DNA of 64,000 nucleotides from the human T2T-CHM13v2.0 reference genome, Homo sapiens, in NCBI RefSeq assembly GCF_009914755.1, contig NC_060925.1; one strand, given 5' to 3'. The notes beneath the pieces are model-generated. The model was not told the DNA's origin, made no database searches, and was given only the letters and a program-made list of their open reading frames with translations. A program made the position numbers and the translations under genes. Shown here one piece after another: positions 14,522 through 27,100 of this stretch (positions are counted from its first letter, which is position 1; each line of letters opens with the position of its first letter).

Positions 14522-17500
14522 GTCCTAAAGAAGACGAAGAGAAGCCTTCAGCCTCAGCACTTGAGCAGCCGGCCACCCTCCAGGAGGTGGCCAGTCAGGA
14601 GGTGCCTCCAGAACTAGCAACCCCTGCCCCTGCCTGGGAGCCACAGCCAGAACCAGACGAGCGATTAGAAGCGGCAGCTTGTGAGGTGAATGATTTGGGG
14701 GAAGAGGAGGAGGAGGAAGAGGAGGAGGATGAAGAAGAAGAAGAAGATGATGATGATGATGAGTTGGAAGACGAGGGGGAAGAAGAAGCCAGCATGCCAA
14801 ATGAAAATTCTGTGAAAGAGCCAGAAATACGGTGTGATGAGAAGCCAGAAGATTTATTAGAGGAACCAAAAACAACTTCAGAAGAAACTCTTGAAGACTG
14901 CTCAGAGGTAACACCTGCCATGCAAATCCCCAGAACTAAAGAAGAGGCCAATGGTGATGTATTTGAAACGTTTATGTTTCCGTGTCAACATTGTGAAAGG
15001 AAGTTTACAACCAAACAGGGGCTTGAGCGTCACATGCATATCCATATATCCACCGTCAATCATGCTTTCAAATGCAAGTACTGTGGGAAAGCCTTTGGCA
15101 CACAGATTAACCGGCGGCGACATGAGCGGCGCCATGAAGCAGGGTTAAAGCGGAAACCCAGCCAAACACTACAGCCGTCAGAGGATCTGGCTGATGGCAA
15201 AGCATCTGGAGAAAACGTTGCTTCAAAAGATGATTCGAGTCCTCCCAGTCTTGGGCCAGACTGTCTGATCATGAATTCAGAGAAGGCTTCCCAAGACACA
15301 ATAAATTCTTCTGTCGTAGAAGAGAATGGGGAAGTTAAAGAACTTCATCCGTGCAAATATTGTAAAAAGGTTTTTGGAACTCATACTAATATGAGACGGC
15401 ATCAGCGTAGAGTTCACGAACGTCATCTGATTCCCAAAGGTGTACGGCGAAAAGGAGGCCTTGAAGAGCCCCAGCCTCCAGCAGAACAGGCCCAGGCCAC
15501 CCAGAACGTGTATGTACCAAGCACAGAGCCGGAGGAGGAAGGGGAAGCAGATGATGTGTACATCATGGACATTTCTAGCAATATCTCTGAAAACTTAAAT
15601 TACTATATTGATGGTAAAATTCAAACTAATAACAACACTAGTAACTGTGATGTGATTGAGATGGAGTCTGCTTCGGCAGATTTGTATGGTATAAATTGTC
15701 TGCTCACTCCAGTTACAGTGGAAATTACTCAAAATATAAAGACCACACAGGTCCCTGTAACAGAAGATCTTCCTAAAGAGCCTTTGGGCAGCACAAATAG
15801 TGAGGCCAAGAAGCGGAGAACTGCGAGCCCACCTGCACTGCCCAAAATTAAGGCCGAAACAGACTCTGACCCCATGGTCCCCTCTTGCTCTTTAAGTCTT
15901 CCTCTTAGCATATCAACAACAGAGGCAGTGTCTTTCCACAAAGAGAAAAGTGTTTATTTGTCATCAAAGCTCAAACAACTTCTTCAAACCCAAGATAAAC
16001 TAACTCCTCCTGCAGGGATTTCAGCAACTGAAATAGCTAAATTAGGTCCTGTTTGTGTGTCTGCTCCTGCATCAATGTTGCCTGTGACCTCAAGTAGGTT
16101 TAAGAGGCGGACCAGCTCTCCTCCCAGTTCTCCACAGCACAGTCCTGCCCTTCGAGACTTTGGAAAGCCAAGTGATGGGAAAGCAGCATGGACCGATGCC
16201 GGGCTGACTTCCAAAAAATCCAAATTAGAAAGTCACAGCGACTCACCAGCATGGAGTTTGTCTGGGAGAGATGAGAGAGAAACTGTGAGCCCTCCATGCT
16301 TTGATGAATATAAAATGTCTAAAGAGTGGACAGCTAGTTCTGCTTTTAGCAGTGTGTGCAACCAGCAGCCACTGGATTTATCCAGCGGTGTCAAACAGAA
16401 GGCTGAGGGTACAGGCAAGACTCCAGTCCAGTGGGAATCTGTCTTAGATCTCAGTGTGCATAAAAAGCATTGTAGTGACTCTGAAGGCAAGGAATTCAAA
16501 GAAAGTCATTCAGTGCAGCCTACGTGTAGTGCTGTAAAGAAAAGGAAACCAACCACCTGCATGCTGCAGAAGGTTCTTCTCAATGAATATAATGGCATCG
16601 ATTTACCTGTAGAAAACCCTGCAGATGGGACCAGGAGCCCAAGTCCTTGTAAATCCCTAGAAGCTCAGCCAGATCCTGACCTCGGTCCGGGCTCTGGTTT
16701 CCCTGCCCCTACTGTTGAGTCCACACCTGATGTTTGTCCTTCATCACCTGCCCTGCAGACACCCTCCCTTTCATCCGGTCAGCTGCCTCCTCTCTTGATC
16801 CCCACAGATCCCTCTTCCCCTCCACCCTGTCCCCCGGTATTAACTGTTGCCACTCCGCCCCCTCCCCTCCTTCCTACCGTACCTCTTCCAGCCCCCTCTT
16901 CCAGTGCATCTCCACACCCATGCCCCTCTCCACTCTCAAATGCCACCGCACAGTCCCCACTTCCAATTCTGTCCCCAACAGTGTCCCCCTCTCCCTCTCC
17001 CATTCCTCCCGTGGAGCCCCTGATGTCTGCCGCCTCACCCGGGCCTCCAACACTTTCTTCTTCCTCCTCTTCATCTTCCTCCTCCTCTTCGTTTTCTTCT
17101 TCATCTTCCTCCTCTTCTCCTTCTCCACCTCCTCTCTCCGCAATATCATCTGTTGTTTCCTCTGGTGATAATCTGGAGGCTTCTCTCCCCATGATATCTT
17201 TCAAACAGGAGGAATTAGAGAATGAAGGTCTGAAACCCAGGGAAGAGCCCCAGTCTGCTGCTGAACAGGATGTTGTTGTTCAGGAAACATTCAACAAAAA
17301 CTTTGTTTGCAACGTCTGTGAATCACCTTTTCTTTCCATTAAAGATCTAACCAAACATTTATCTATTCATGCTGAAGAATGGCCCTTCAAATGTGAATTT
17401 TGTGTGCAGCTTTTTAAGGATAAAACGGACTTGTCAGAACATCGCTTTTTGCTTCATGGAGTTGGGAATATCTTTGTGTGTTCTGTTTGTAAAAAAGAAT

Positions 17501-18938
17501 TTGCTTTTTTGTGCAATTTGCAGCAGCACCAGCGAGATCTCCATCCAGATAAGGTGTGCACACATCACGAGTTTGAAAGCGGGACTCTGAGGCCCCAGAA
17601 CTTTACAGATCCCAGCAAGGCCCATGTAGAGCATATGCAGAGCTTGCCAGAAGATCCTTTAGAAACTTCTAAAGAAGAAGAGGAGTTAAATGATTCCTCT
17701 GAAGAGCTTTACACGACTATAAAAATAATGGCTTCTGGAATAAAGACAAAAGATCCAGATGTTCGATTGGGCCTCAATCAGCATTACCCAAGCTTTAAAC
17801 CACCTCCATTTCAGTACCATCACCGTAACCCCATGGGGATTGGTGTGACAGCCACAAATTTCACTACACACAATATTCCACAGACTTTCACTACCGCCAT
17901 TCGCTGCACAAAGTGTGGAAAAGGTGTCGACAATATGCCGGAGTTGCACAAACATATCCTGGCTTGTGCTTCTGCAAGTGACAAGAAGAGGTACACGCCT
18001 AAGAAAAACCCAGTACCATTAAAACAAACTGTGCAACCCAAAAATGGCGTGGTGGTTTTAGATAACTCTGGGAAAAATGCCTTCCGACGAATGGGACAGC
18101 CCAAAAGGCTTAACTTTAGTGTTGAGCTCAGCAAAATGTCGTCGAATAAGCTCAAATTAAATGCATTGAAGAAAAAAAATCAGCTAGTACAGAAAGCAAT
18201 TCTTCAGAAAAACAAATCTGCAAAGCAGAAGGCCGACTTGAAAAATGCTTGTGAGTCATCCTCTCACATCTGCCCTTACTGTAATCGAGAGTTCACTTAC
18301 ATTGGAAGCCTGAATAAACACGCCGCCTTCAGCTGTCCCAAAAAACCCCTTTCTCCTCCCAAAAAAAAAGTTTCTCATTCATCTAAGAAAGGTGGACACT
18401 CATCACCTGCAAGTAGTGACAAAAACAGTAACAGCAACCACCGCAGACGGACAGCGGATGCGGAGATTAAAATGCAAAGCATGCAGACTCCGTTGGGCAA
18501 GACCAGAGCCCGCAGCTCAGGCCCCACCCAAGTCCCACTTCCCTCCTCATCCTTCAGGTCCAAGCAGAACGTCAAGTTTGCAGCTTCGGTGAAATCCAAA
18601 AAACCAAGCTCCTCCTCTTTAAGGAACTCCAGCCCGATAAGAATGGCCAAAATAACTCATGTTGAGGGGAAAAAACCTAAAGCTGTGGCCAAGAATCATT
18701 CTGCTCAGCTTTCCAGCAAAACATCACGGAGCCTGCACGTGAGGGTACAGAAAAGCAAAGCTGTTTTACAAAGCAAATCCACCTTGGCGAGTAAGAAAAG
18801 AACAGACCGGTTCAATATAAAATCTAGAGAGCGGAGTGGGGGGCCAGTCACCCGGAGCCTTCAGCTGGCAGCTGCTGCTGACTTGAGTGAGAACAAGAGA
18901 GAGGACGGCAGCGCCAAGCAGGAGCTGAAGGACTTCAG
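14522..18938 (+). CDS. PRDM2: PRDM2 giant coding exon 8 (4417 nt): acidic tract, IRCDE Rb-binding motif, C2H2 zinc fingers, PLDLS motif, Pro/Ser-rich region, basic C-terminal region
   Basis: 1499-aa ORF 14443-18942 with acceptor gctttctAG at 14520-14521 and donor CAG|GTAAGC at 18939. It encodes CxxC..HxxxH fingers (CQHCERKF, CKYCGKAF, CKYCKKVF, CNVCESPF, CEFCVQLF, CSVCKKEF, CTKCGKG, CPYCNREF). Sequence recognised as RIZ1. Confidence 0.98.
14701..14787 (+). repeat. (GAG/GAA/GAT)n coding repeat, poly-Glu/Asp acidic tract (Asp283 allele)
   Basis: gaagaggaggaggaggaagag...gatgatgatgatgat encodes EEEEEEEEEDEEEEEDDDDDELEDEGEEE. Confidence 0.9.
17056..17125 (+). repeat. (TCY)n coding repeat, poly-Ser tract
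   Basis: tcttcttcctcctcttcatcttcctcc... encodes SSSSSSSSSSSSFSSSSSSSSPS. Confidence 0.85.
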
Positions 18939-21855
18939 GTAAGCTCAGGAGCTGGTGGGAGGGAAAGACCGGGAAGGCGACAGTATCCTTGCCTACGGGT
19001 GTTTTTTGGTTTCTTGTTGCTTTTTTTTTTTTTTTCCCCCACTTAAAGGAAATAGCTGTTGTATAAGTTAAAGGCATGAAGGGTCATTGCTTTGGCTGCT
19101 TTTAGAGATGAATAAATAGTTCTAATTTCAGACTTAGGACTCACAAAGCAGTGCCACTTCTTTAATGTGGCCAGATGTAAATTGAATTTAAAACTATAGA
19201 AAAGCTCTCAAAAGTACTCTAAGAAAAGATGCAATCCTCTCAAACTTCCTTTATGTCTTGGGTAATAGCTCAGTGTCATGTGTCTTATTTTCCGATCATA
19301 GAACATTTCTTAGGTTAAGACGGGTCACTAAGTTCATTAGTAAACCATGTTACAATCTTGTTTAATATTTCTGTGACTTCAGCATAGATCTAGTACCTGA
19401 CACTTTCTTTCAGAATTGCCAATGCTTAAATTTTAATAATTGATTGCATCGGTCAAAACAAAACATAGTCCTTTAAAAAGGTCTTATGCACTGTCCCCCA
19501 CCTCCTGAACTCAGCCGTAGGACGGTAAACAAGTCAGGATCTGGATGGGAAGCAGAGCAGGAGAGACATGCTTGGAACTCCAGGCAGGACCCTTGCAGCT
19601 CTTTCAGGCCTGTGTGATACCCAGGGCATGTCAGCCTCATTTGTCAGTGCCTTTGTTTCCCCAGTAATGATAGAAGGATTTGTCTTAGATTTGAAGTGAC
19701 TTTACTGCTTTATTCCCTGTGCTTCCTATATTAAGAACTGTTCTCAGTGACAGATGAAGAGAGGGCAGCGGTTAAATTTGTTACATTGGATTCTCAAACT
19801 TCCTGAGTCCTTTGTCCGAAGTGGATGTGTATTGGAATTCCTGCTGTTTCTGAATAGTTCAGTCTCATGTGAAAATTACTCATCAGATAGCATTTCTGCA
19901 AAATACTTTTAAGTCTTGTCTTTTCACAGGATGCCACCTGACTCTAGGCTTTCATGCTATAGCTTTTGGTGTCTGAAAATTCTTTGGTGTTTTAAGCAAG
20001 CAGAATTAGGGATCCTAAGTGTGGACGCGACTGCCATTTTGTAGAGGTCACGAGGACACAGAGGTGCCATTAGCCCTGCATGATTGATGAGGTAGAATTT
20101 TTAATGCTGGTGTGCCTTAAATCACAGCTAAAGATAGAGAAGAATCATTAGCTAAGGCTGATTTGAATGATTTACTGTAGGATTAATGGATCAGATTTTT
20201 AAAAAGTTACTTCATAAATGTGTTAAATATTTAGTTGCCATAGGTCTGACCAACGCTCGGTCTCTGGCCGCGGCACATACATAGGTAGCATCTTGGAGGT
20301 TAGCTCTGCTGAAAATAAGCACCTGTGTTATCAGCTGTCAAAGCTGCTTGCCTTTAGTAATTGAATTGTGCACCTGTTTGTGCTCAGTCTGTGTTCTGGT
20401 GGTGCCACACCAACAGGACATGATCAAATTGAGTCCTTTTCAAGTTGCTTGTGTCTTCAACAAGCAGAGTGTGCCTTCATTTTCACAGATTGTACTATAA
20501 AACACCTCCCAGGCGGTTGATGCTTTAGAATGTACTGTCTATCCCTTTTGTCTTCAGTATTATCTAAAAGAAATGCTTGTTTTGTACTTGGCCCTACTTA
20601 CACAGTTCAAGGTTAAAGTTGATTTGGAAAAATTAAGTTCTGCAAAGAAAAGCTGTCAGAGTGACCATAAATTTATGAGGCCTATTCAAATAGCCTCTAC
20701 CCAGTGTCTTTTGAGTAACCTTTAAGGCTACAAAGGACTAAAGGGCCTTAAAAATAATGTCTCTTCTTTGCCCCAGTTCATTTTCATTATTTTGCTTTGT
20801 TTGATAGTTAACAGAGGGTTACCTTGCTGGAGTGAAATTTTGCCTAAAAGGAAGCACAGAAGAATCAGATAAGAAAACACTGGTATTGTCCTAACCGTAG
20901 ATGGTAATGACAGGCATTGGTGGCAGCTCTTCCTCCTCTGTGTGAGGTGCTGGAACTGTGCTGCGGACACATCTGTAGGTCAGGAATGTGATCCAGGGGT
21001 CCACTTACCAAGTCACCATAAACCTGTGATGTGTTCTTGGGAATTAGAAAACAGATGTTCATCAAGATAGATTTTGACTATCTGGACACAAAAGTGGGCA
21101 TTTCTTTAAAGTGTTTGTTTTGGTCTTAGTACTTTGTAGTGAGTTTAGCACAAAACTGGGATTCCTAAACTTAGACCTGGGTAATATGATGATTGTCATT
21201 AACGTGTTGCCCAGGGCTCGTAGAGAGGAGGCCTCAGCCTCAGTGCATATTTGTTGCATTACACTAATAAGGAGTTGTTTGAACTACAGTCGTCTTTCTG
21301 TTTAAGTATAGTTCTACTTGTAAATTTCGTGTAGGGATGATTCCTGACACAAGGAATCATCACATCTATTACATGTCGAGGAATACTCACTTTCACTCTG
21401 TTTGCAGCTTGCTTTACTTACCCTGTTGGGTACACAGGGATTTCTTACAGAACAGGCAGCACATCCTTGTCCTGTGTTATTTCTTTACAACAAGCTGTGA
21501 TTAAGAGCTAGTTTTCCATACTCAGATATTTTACATGTGAATGCCACTTTCGGATTCCACAGTTTTTCAAGTACATGCTTGCAATCAGCCATATGATTTT
21601 TCCATGAGTTTTCTACTTAACACTGAGGGTCATTTCCTGGAACACAAGCCATGGTGCCAGACAAGGTGTCAAAAAGCCATGTGCTCCAAATATTTTTCTT
21701 AGGAGAAAACACAGGAAAGCAGGCATGCCACAGTCATTCAGGTTCTCCTGCTGCAGCTCTTACTACAGTGACCCACCCCCCACCCCTCGCCATGGCTTTC
21801 TGGAGTGCTGAGTTTAAATCTGTTGCTAAGGGTTCATTTCCATGGGCTCCAGTAA

Positions 21856-22243
<388 letters not shown>

Positions 22244-22621
22244 GTTTTTGGGTTCTTTAATGCTTCTTTTAGAGCCACATTTTTCTTTTCAAACCGAGTT
22301 CCCATCGCAGTCAAGAAAAAGGTAGAGAAGCAAAATGAAATTCTAGACCAAGTTTTTCCATTTACCAGGAATTGATTTAAAAAAAAAAGTGCTAATTTCT
22401 CATGCCTCCATCTCTGCTACATCCCTTGGAAATAAATGCGTGTAGTTCCTTGCAGGGTGTGTCTTCTGGGTAGGACGCTCGTTCCTAAATGCCTTCAGTC
22501 ATGTATGTGTTGTCGTCTTAATAACATTTGTCTTACGGTCTATTCACCTTTTTCTTTAACATGGTCAATCATGTAAGGTTATGTTCTGTTGTCATTTATC
22601 TTCAGTTTTCTTATTTTCTAG

Positions 22622-22634
22622 GAACTTCCTGTAG
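22622..22634 (+). CDS. PRDM2: PRDM2 proximal alternative last exon, coding part: (R)NFL* (C-terminus ...KDFRNFL)
   Basis: Strong pyrimidine tract ttcagttttcttattttctAG ends at 22621. Joining exon 8 (phase 2) gives AG+G AAC TTC CTG TAG, matching the recalled short C-terminus. Confidence 0.9.
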
Positions 22635-24190
22635 AAAAGCCCCCAAAACAAAACAAACCTTAATTGACTAAAAAGTATTGCATGCTCAACTTAGGATAAG
22701 CACTACGGCAAAGGATACGAAATCTACCAAGCTTGCAAGACCAGTTGAAGCTGACTCAAAAATCCTAACATTCAGCTGATTGCCGGCAGGCTTAGAGTCA
22801 GGCATCTGCTGCTTCGGTGGGGGCCCAACGCGCATGCTGGGCGCCCGGGTGATTGAGATCCAAAGAGAAGGGCACTGTAAGACAGGCCAGATGAACTGGC
22901 TCCTCGTCATGGGACTGGTACCTCAGATCTGAGCATGGCCCTTGTTTTTGGCACGTAGCAGAGAAAGGATTGATTTGAACTTAACCTTGCAAAGCAAGTT
23001 GCCTGTTTTAGCAGTAGTTTGTTGTAGGTTTCAGGGATGACAGATTTGGATGCACTCATTTAAAACGTTTTGGTCACATATCAGCTCTTGATGCCTTTCT
23101 TTTAAATTAATTATAGACAGAGAGAGGCATTTAGCTGATCTCTTACCCCTGGTATTTCTTTTTTTTGTTGTTTTCGTTTTTTTAAATCACAAGTAGATTG
23201 CCAGCGTAATGGAGAGGAAACCAGATTGGATATGGACTCTTTTTTATGCCTATTCTGGTGTTGCGTTTGTATATCCAAATGGACGTTATCCTCTCAGATT
23301 CTTATCTGGCACTAATTTATAACTATTATATTATCAGAGACTATGTAGCAATATATCAGTGCACAGGCGCATCCCAGGCCTGTACAGATGTATGTCTACA
23401 CGTAAGTATAAATGAATTTGCATACCAGGTTTTACACTTGCATCTCTAATAGAGATTAAAAACAACAAATTGGCCTCTTCCTAAGTATATTAATATCATT
23501 TATCCTTACATTTTATGCCTCCCCCTAAATTAATGACTGAGTTGGTGGAAAGCGGCTAGGTTTTATTCATACTGTTTTTTGTTCTCAACTTCAAAAGTAA
23601 TCTACCTCTGAAAAATTTGTAGTTTAATATTTGTTTGGTGAATTTGTGCCACTTTAATCCTTCCACTATCATTCCCATTTTGTTACATTTCTGTTATGGG
23701 GACTTTATGTTGAAATATTGTATAAAGCATTTGTAGCAATTTAAAAATAAAATATTTAAAATTATTTAAATTGTTTTGGACGCTTCAATTGTATTATATG
23801 TGATTTACATTTCACTTTTTTTGTTGGCGTTGTTAACCCGGAGAGTGCTCCTGTATTGAACTTTGCTGTTAGTTATTTTATTGCTTCTTTTTGGAGAGTG
23901 CTATAAAAGACTATTCTAATGAAAACATTAAAATTTACAATTTGACATACAAAAAGGGGTTGTCCATTGATTTTAACCAATGTAGCACTGAGAGAGAGAG
24001 AGGTTAATTATAGATAGACAAGAGTGGTGTTTGTTGTTTTTCCCCTCCCAGCATTGAAATCATTGGGGCTTGTCAGATGTATTAAAAAAAGATTTGTTGT
24101 GCTATTGCTGCAAACACTTAATAACTAGAGGAGAATTTAAACAATGCATTTTATATTATTGTAACCAATAAAAAACTTTCTAAACATCTG
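22635..24190 (+). other. PRDM2: 3' UTR of the PRDM2 proximal last exon (end approximate)
   Basis: AU-rich stretch with no recognisable repeats after the stop codon, ending at AATAAA 24167-24172. Confidence 0.8.
24167..24172 (+). terminator. Polyadenylation signal of the proximal last exon
   Basis: AATAAA preceded by TGTA (24160) at the end of the AU-rich UTR. Weaker upstream candidates are ATTAAA 23455 and AATAAA 23746. Confidence 0.75.
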
Positions 24191-27100
24191 TGAAAGGACT
24201 GCATTTTGTACATAATTGGGAGCAGTTAGGGGGTAAAACAAGGTGTGTGTGGAGGATTGTTCAGAGCCCGCACTCTAATTTAAAAGTGCGGCGTCTACTC
24301 AGCCCACCTGGCGTCTGTTCACTTGTTTCTATTTGACAGTAACTGAATATGTGCTCATTCCAGTTGGATTTCTATGTAGAGGGTGGACGTGTAGTCAGAC
24401 AACGGTGCCGAGAAGTACCTTGTGAACTCACTCGGGTAAGAGTAAAATACAAAATAATTTCATCTGTGGGGTCTCTGTGCTTCCTAAAAGTTTACTGTAG
24501 TTTGTGGATTGATGTTTATTTCTATGGGCTTCCAAAGAATGAAACCAAAAAGTTGTGACATACTCAGTTTATGTGAAATTGCTGGGGTTTTTTAAGATTA
24601 AAAATGGCTGACTATAAGCGGTTTCCTATAGTTCATCATCATAGCACTTTGCTAACCACATCTGTCTGTCACTCCTCAGGGAAAGGTGGTGAAGGGATAG
24701 CCAGCTTCCCTTGGCCAGATGTTCTGGCATACGATATTCCTCCCTTAGAAAAACACGGAGGAGAGAGGTTGGTGGGAATCTGGAACTGGTCTTCGATATT
24801 AGTAGTTTTAAACAAATGAGGCTTCAACACACAGCAGTGCCCTGTGAGGAGTTGAGTGTTGTGAGAAAGAGCACGGTCTTGGATGAGAACTGGATTTCCA
24901 TCCTAACCCATCTGCTGGCCGTTCATCCCTTCCCTGTGCCTTCAGTAAACGGGCCTCCAACAAGCGCCCTCCATGGCTGCGTCTTCTGTGTTTTAGCCTT
25001 GGGCAAGTTCCTTTACATTCTGGATCATAGTTCCCAGTCTGCAAAAAGTGGGGAGTAGACTGGCTGGTTTCTGAGTGCGCCCTCTAGGAGGAGATCTTTT
25101 CTCCTGGATCAAGATGCTGTCAGACACAAGCACTGGACTGAAAGAGTGGGATGATGGCTCGGTCTCCACAGTGTCCCTGGCTCTGCCTGGAACATGACAG
25201 GGACTCAGATGTTTACTGGAGGAGTCACCAAGGAACCACATCACATCCATCTCACCAAGGGAGAAGCTGCCCTGTTTGGGTTGCTTTGGCTCTTCTTTGA
25301 TAGAGTTAAACGTTTTTAAAAAATCAAAAGCTAATTAGAGCCTTCCATCCCTGTTACCATTGAAACATTTCACAGTGTTTCTGGTAAATGCCTTGCTAGG
25401 CTGGCTGTCTTGTCCTCGTTGTTACAAGTACTTTCTAGCAAGATAATTTTACAAAACCAGCTTAATGTATTGAGTACTTAATGTATGCCTGGCTGTGTTG
25501 TAGGTGCTTAGGATACATCTCTGAACAAAATGGACAAAAATCCTGACTTCCGTGGGGCTTGTATTTTCATAGTGGCTTTTTTCCCCACTTTATACTTCAT
25601 ATTCCAAACCTCCTCGCTGTCACAGTTCCCCAGAGGCTAGGTGGACAAGGAGATGCTTCTAGCTTAATATCTGAATGCCAGTAATCTAGATGACTGCCGG
25701 CTTTTAATACTTAGCTTAAAATGACTCTACTAAAATTATAGCTCACTTAATGCATTTGATATTTTATTCATGTGGGTTTTGATTTGATATTGAACCTCGC
25801 TTTGAATATATTGACTTGAATCCATAAAAAAAATCATAAAGGGCAATTTACCTTGAAAGTGGATTAGAGCACAGGCGGATGAGAAAAGGGTTGACTAGGA
25901 TATAAAGGCCACATTTAAAGTGTTTCAAAGACCAGGCTGATAGTTACAGAAAATGGTTTATCGTTCCCCGTCAGCCTTTACAGGCCCAGCTCTCATGGCC
26001 TCTTTCCTGCCTGATGGCACCACTCCTGCAGCTGCCGCTTCAGGCAGCCTCAGTGAAGGTTCTGGTGAAGCACTGCTGTTGAGCGTATGTTCGAGGGCCT
26101 TGGAGGTGTGGATGGGCCATTCTGCTAGACTTAACAAAACGGGGAGCCACAAGCCCTGCCCTTCAACACCGTGGGTTCCACACTTCACCTGGGGAGCTTG
26201 TCAAAACCACTAGTTCCAAGGCCCTACAATGAGTCCATTTAGGGCTGGGACCTGCCTGGGTAATATGTACTTTAAAGACCCCAGGTAAATTCAGGGCACA
26301 GGAGAATTTCTGAATTTAATATGGGAAGAATAACAGATGAGTGTAGCTCTCAATTGCTAGAGGATTGTGTGTGCTTTAGGCCTCGCAGTGCTGCATGGCA
26401 TCCTTATAATTATCCTGCAAAGTGGGCACTATTGTTTTCCCGTTCTTTCTAAGGCTGGCGGGGCCGTGCATCTGGCGTTGGGGCATCAGGGTTATTCTGA
26501 AGCCAATCCTGAGCCGTGTCCACTTGGTGGAAAGAGGAGGTGGTGGGCCTTGAGGGTGAAGGAACCACGGGCCTAATGTGTAGTTTCTCTCTGGCTTATG
26601 TTGATTCCAAGGCCCAAGCCCCCTTGGGCCTTGCCCTTCTGGTGGCTTGACCTTTCCTGAAGGGTTTGCCTCACAAGCAGAACCTTGAATACACAGTATT
26701 ATGGGATAAGAAAAATAAAGGTCCAGATTGGTGGGAATGATGACGTGACCGTTAAGATTTTAGACAGAACATCTAATGTCAAAATAGAAGTTGAATACGG
26801 TTTGAGGTTTGAGTGGGTGGCATGTAGGGAAAAAAGTGCGAAACTGCTCCTTGGTGCCATGGATCTCTGTGCTGCAGTCCCAGGCCCCTAGGCCCGATCC
26901 TTGCTGCCACCTACACAGGGTCATGTCACTTCCTCCCTCCCCCCCTTCTGCCCTTGTGCCGCTTCCTCTGAGTGGTGGTGGAAATGATCTGAGAAGCTTT
27001 AGGGTGGATTCAGTCTGGCTTTCCAATGCCTGCTGTTTGCTGGGTACTCTGCTGAGCATCTACAAGTCTTGGCAATGACAGCCTGAGGTTGGTGTCATTT

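Noticed and set aside
14525-19077. Many antisense and alternative-frame ORFs over exon 8 (e.g. 14595-14951, 16779-17204)
   Set aside because: They are shadows of low-complexity Glu/Ser/Pro codon runs with no independent gene signals.
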